The notes under the pieces are model-generated. The model had not been told where the DNA came from and did not search any database. It saw only the letters and a program-made list of their open reading frames with translations. A stretch of 54,006 nt of DNA from the NCBI GenBank assembly GCA_964524915.1, contig CAZGEB010000003.1, positions 3,263 to 57,268 of the forward strand, in the 5' to 3' direction. The DNA is from an uncultured Candidatus Saccharibacteria bacterium (GTDB lineage: Bacteria; Patescibacteriota; Doudnabacteria; UBA920). Below are positions 51,188-54,006 of this stretch, piece by piece (positions within the stretch are counted from its first letter, which is position 1; each line of letters begins with the position of its first letter). A program made the position numbers and the translations under genes.

Positions 51188-51718
51188 TTAAATCTTTGGA
51201 CTAGTGGCACTAGCCTCTACGATAAAGGTATTTTTTTCTACACCTTCTGACAAAACGATAGACAAAGAGGTCCCGTTTAGAGAAGCCCCCAAAAGCGTAA
51301 ACTTATCTTGTTCCGAAAAAGTCAAAATCTGCCAACCACCTGATTCTAAAAACTTTTTAAAATCCTGTACTGCACTCTTTCGGTCGCCCGAAGACTCCCA
51401 TTTTCTTACAGAAAAATGAGAACCTGAAGGTGAATCAGCTACGTAATTATAAAGAACCCGACCCTGACTCAAAAAAGGCATGTCCTGAGGAATACCATCG
51501 GGAATTACGGATGATTCTATATCAAGCTTTTGTATATCAGTAACCACTTCAGAAGATCTTCCATCTCTTCCCTGCCACCAACTAATAAAAACACCGGAGC
51601 CAACCAAAAGCAATACCACTAAAACAAAAACCAAGCCCCGTTTCAACCTACCGCCAGAAAAAGAAGAAAAAGATTTGGTAAGTACACTAGAAGAATCTAA
51701 AAGTGGATGTTCAATCAT
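51188..51718 (-). CDS. Hypothetical membrane-anchored protein
   Basis: Single TM (LVFVLVVLLLVGSGVFISWW) plus a ~120-aa extracytoplasmic domain. The track start is TTG, so ATG 51718 is used. Confidence 0.5.
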   Translation of the reverse strand: MIEHPLLDSSSVLTKSFSSFSGGRLKRGLVFVLVVLLLVGSGVFISWWQGRDGRSSEVVTDIQKLDIESSVIPDGIPQDMPFLSQGRVLYNYVADSPSGSHFSVRKWESSGDRKSAVQDFKKFLESGGWQILTFSEQDKFTLLGASLNGTSLSIVLSEGVEKNTFIVEASATSPKI

Positions 51719-51745
51719 GCATTTATTATACCACAAAAGAGCGAA

Positions 51746-52357
51746 TCAATTTAAGGAATGTTTTTTCTGACTCTTGCCAAGCCATTTCCAAAAAATGGCT
51801 GAGGAAACTATACCAAGGACGATCAAAATAAGCACCACCCCAAAATATTCAGTGGCACGGAGCCATTGCTGCCCGAACCACCAGCCAAGCGCCACAGCAA
51901 CCGCAACTTCCAAAACTTCGCCTGAGCCCTCAAAAATCCAAAATTTACCATAAGGATAACGAGAAAGGCCGGCTACCACGTTTACAGAAGGGGCCACTGC
52001 TGTCATAAATCGACTAAGTACGATAGTAACCCAAGGATGATCGTGCACCTGAGAGGCGACGGTTTTGAATCGTTTATGCGCTACAAGTTTTCCCAAAAGA
52101 GGCAGTTTTTCTACATTGCCATGCAGACGTCTAGCTAGCCAGTAGCCGGCATGGTCACCGGCTAAATTGCCAAGAATACCAACGATCAAAAGCCCGGTCA
52201 AATCAAACACGCCTATGGTTGCCAAAAAACCACAAGCAATCATCATGCTACCGGTCGGAATAGGCAAAGCAAAAGCCCCCAAAAAAGTAAAGATGAAAAT
52301 GGCAACATAACCATAAATATCTACCAATTTCAGCATGTCCATCAAAATTGGATTCAT
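51746..52357 (-). CDS. dedA: DedA-family membrane protein
   Basis: FALPIPTGSMMIACG and GNLAGDHAGYWLARRL motifs, with 4-5 TM helices. Confidence 0.8.
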   Translation of the reverse strand: MNPILMDMLKLVDIYGYVAIFIFTFLGAFALPIPTGSMMIACGFLATIGVFDLTGLLIVGILGNLAGDHAGYWLARRLHGNVEKLPLLGKLVAHKRFKTVASQVHDHPWVTIVLSRFMTAVAPSVNVVAGLSRYPYGKFWIFEGSGEVLEVAVAVALGWWFGQQWLRATEYFGVVLILIVLGIVSSAIFWKWLGKSQKKHSLN

Positions 52358-52374
52358 GGTATTATTATAGCATT

Positions 52375-52401
52375 AGCAGTAAGTAGTAAGTAGTAAGTAG
52401 T
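52375..52401 (+). repeat. Heptamer array (AGTAGTA-like)x4, 17 nt upstream of the dedA start, fused to a family-D hairpin
   Basis: AGCAGTA AGTAGTA AGTAGTA AGTAGT, then CCGCCGCCGCTAAAGCTATGGCGG. Confidence 0.85.
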
Positions 52402-52428
52402 CCGCCGCCGCTAAAGCTATGGCGGATG
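52401..52428 (-). repeat. GC-rich CCGCC hairpin (family D) abutting a heptamer array
   Basis: TCCGCCGCCGCTAAAGCTATGGCGGATG, whose reverse complement is CATCCGCCATAGCTTTAGCGGCGGCGGA. Confidence 0.7.
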
Positions 52429-52451
52429 CACCATAAGCAGTAGGCAAAAAG

Positions 52452-52775
52452 ATGTTAGATGAAAGTACATTTTTTAAACAAGTCTATGAATTAGTAAAAA
52501 CTATCCCCAAGGGAAAGGTGGTAAGTTATGGACAAATAGCGAGCGCGCTCGGAAATCCTAGAGGAGCTAGAAGTGTTGGCTGGGCACTACATTTACTTGA
52601 TGGAGGCAATAACGCAGTTCCGTGGTGGAGAGTGGTAAATAACGAGGGTCGGATTTCTATTCGCGGCAATTTTGAAGCCACGACTGAATTACAAAAGCAG
52701 TTGCTAATAAATGAGGGAATAGAAATAAACCAGGAAATGAAATTTGATATTGAAAAATATAGGTTTAGTTTTTAA
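52452..52775 (+). CDS. atl: Alkyltransferase-like protein (MGMT DNA-binding fold without the active-site Cys)
   Basis: IPKGKVVSYGQIA..GNPRGARSVGWAL..VPWWRVVN. The PCHRV cysteine is replaced by Trp. Confidence 0.8.
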   Translation: MLDESTFFKQVYELVKTIPKGKVVSYGQIASALGNPRGARSVGWALHLLDGGNNAVPWWRVVNNEGRISIRGNFEATTELQKQLLINEGIEINQEMKFDIEKYRFSF

Positions 52776-52794
52776 GACAACCACCCACCCATTT

Positions 52795-52846
52795 CCTGTC
52801 ATCCCGAATCCCGCCGACGGCGGGACGAACGCGATCCGGAATCCAG
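52795..52846. mobile_element. Family-A hairpin element, intergenic (atl / HAD)
   Basis: CCTGTCATCCCGAATCCCGCCGACGGCGGGACGAACGCGATCCGGAATCCAG, with inner hairpin TCCCGCC-GAC-GGCGGGA. Confidence 0.75.
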
Positions 52847-52883
52847 TTTTTAAAAATTAATATTATTAATACGAAAATTCTTT

Positions 52884-53489
52884 ATGATAAAAGCAATAAC
52901 ATTTGACTTAGACGGTGTTTATTTTATAAATGGTAAATCAAATTTCATCAAAACTCTAGGGGAAATGGGAGTTGATGAAGCGGAGGCCAAAAGAGTATTC
53001 CTCTCAAGCCCTGAAATGAATTTTCAGTACAAAACAGGAAAAATGACAGATGAACAATTTTGGTCTTGGGCTTTAGCAGAATGGAAACTAGACATAACCG
53101 TAGAAGAAATTATCAATTTACTAATAAAAGGCTATGAAGTAGATGATAATGTTGTTAATGTAGTTAAAAAAGCAAGGGCTAACGGTTATAAAACACTTAT
53201 TTGCACAAATAATTTTCCCGCTCGCATAAATGGACTGCAAAAAAGGTTTGGGTTTTTAGATAACTTTGATGTAACTGTAATTTCAAGTGAAGTGGGCGCA
53301 ATTAAACCCCAAAAAGAATTATTTGAAGCGCTAATAAACCAATCTGGAGTAAAACCTTCTGAAATATTTTACGCTGATGATTATGACGAAGCAATAGAAA
53401 CCGCGAAAAATCTTAACATTGAGACATTGCATTACACTGACTTTCCAAGTTTTTTAGATAAATTAAAAGAATTAGGTGTAAATCTATAA
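52884..53489 (+). CDS. HAD-superfamily hydrolase
   Basis: Motif I ITFDLDGV, motif II LICTNN, motif IV FYADDYDEA. Confidence 0.8.
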   Translation: MIKAITFDLDGVYFINGKSNFIKTLGEMGVDEAEAKRVFLSSPEMNFQYKTGKMTDEQFWSWALAEWKLDITVEEIINLLIKGYEVDDNVVNVVKKARANGYKTLICTNNFPARINGLQKRFGFLDNFDVTVISSEVGAIKPQKELFEALINQSGVKPSEIFYADDYDEAIETAKNLNIETLHYTDFPSFLDKLKELGVNL

Positions 53490-53497
53490 CGTAACTG

Positions 53498-53526
53498 GAT
53501 CCCGTGTCGCGGCACGGGATGACAGA
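53498..53526. mobile_element. Family-A hairpin element, inverted orientation, intergenic
   Basis: GGATCCCGTGTCGCGGCACGGGATGACAG, the reverse complement of CTGTCATCCCGTGCCGCGACACGGGATCC. Confidence 0.8.
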
Positions 53527-53533
53527 AAATAAT

Positions 53534-53911
53534 ATGAATCCAAACACAAAATTAGAACAAGAAATTTCGGAATACGCCCAAATAGCCAAAGAAAATAAAA
53601 ATATAGACGTAGCAAGCTTGATGATGAACGCCCTTCAAAGAGACGAGAGTAACAAAGTGCCGGCAAAATCCAAAAGATGGGCGTATATAATTTCCCTAGG
53701 CTTTCCACCATTTGGACTACTCTATGCCCTGAAATATTACTTTAGTGACAAAAGTGACGCCAAAAGTGTGGCGAATGTTTGTATAGTGCTCACGGGAGTA
53801 GCCTTGCTAGGGCTATGGATTTTCAGTAAACTGCTATTATCTGGCAGCGGCGCTAGCCTAGAACAAATCCAGCAAATCAAACCCCAAGACATTCAAGAAT
53901 TGTATCAGTAA
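53534..53911 (+). CDS. Hypothetical membrane protein
   Basis: Two predicted TM helices (YIISLGFPPFGLLYAL, VCIVLTGVALLGLWIF). The track start at 53504 translates a family-A hairpin, so ATG 53534 (MNPNTK) is used. Confidence 0.5.
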   Translation: MNPNTKLEQEISEYAQIAKENKNIDVASLMMNALQRDESNKVPAKSKRWAYIISLGFPPFGLLYALKYYFSDKSDAKSVANVCIVLTGVALLGLWIFSKLLLSGSGASLEQIQQIKPQDIQELYQ

Positions 53912-53924
53912 ATTCTAATACTTT

Positions 53925-54006
53925 ATGGCAATAAAACCCATCACGCAAATTGGCGAGCCAGTTTTGAGAGCAAAAGCAAAGACAGTGCTGCCAAAAGATA
54001 AATTAA
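53925..54006 (+). CDS. def: Peptide deformylase, 5' fragment running off the window
   Basis: MAIKPITQIGEPVLRAKAKTVLPKDKL matches the usual Def N-terminus (xIxxxGxPVLRxKAxxV). Confidence 0.55.
   Translation, partial: MAIKPITQIGEPVLRAKAKTVLPKDKL

Overview
This is a 54-kb chromosomal window from a moderately AT-rich bacterium that uses the standard genetic code. It holds about 50 CDS, roughly four fifths on the minus strand. I saw no rRNA, tRNA or CRISPR array by eye. The backbone is housekeeping: an envelope-glycosylation block (WecA-like transferase, processive GT2, two ArnT/PMT-like GT-C enzymes), ftsQ-murF, serS, lysS, greA, folD, mrdA-mreD-mreC-mreB, proS, rseP, frr, holB, miaA, gatC-gatA-gatB, ccdA plus a DsbA-like oxidoreductase, metG, dedA, an alkyltransferase-like protein, a HAD hydrolase and the start of def. 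The reduced gene set, the many lineage-specific hypotheticals and the giant surface proteins suggest a small-genome lineage such as Patescibacteria/CPR; this is inference only. Two accessory regions stand out. The first, at 27.8-34.4 kb, has a visibly G+C-richer lipoprotein/membrane-protein island, a ~450-nt structured non-coding stretch, a three-gene operon of unknowns and a divergent DUF11-like secreted protein. The second, at 40.2-51.7 kb, has a secreted unknown, an RskA-like membrane protein, a 1496-aa Cys-rich/poly-Pro/Ig-repeat surface protein, an HExxH lipoprotein and a 638-aa surface protein with a paralogous C-terminal module. The most unusual signal is pervasive colonisation by short repeats of three kinds. 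(A) Hairpin elements with TGTCATyCCG termini occur singly or as ~140-bp composites. (B) Elements of the form CCCTCCCC-N6-GGGGAGGG..GGGGAGAGGTTG occur in four genes. (C) About 20 tandem arrays of diverse heptanucleotides occur, often joined to GC-rich CCGCC hairpins. Many copies sit in frame inside essential genes (serS, gatA, gatB, miaA, both GT-C genes) and are read through as extra peptide loops. A stand-alone GIY-YIG nuclease gene is bracketed by family-A termini, and I propose it as the candidate autonomous partner of the miniature elements.
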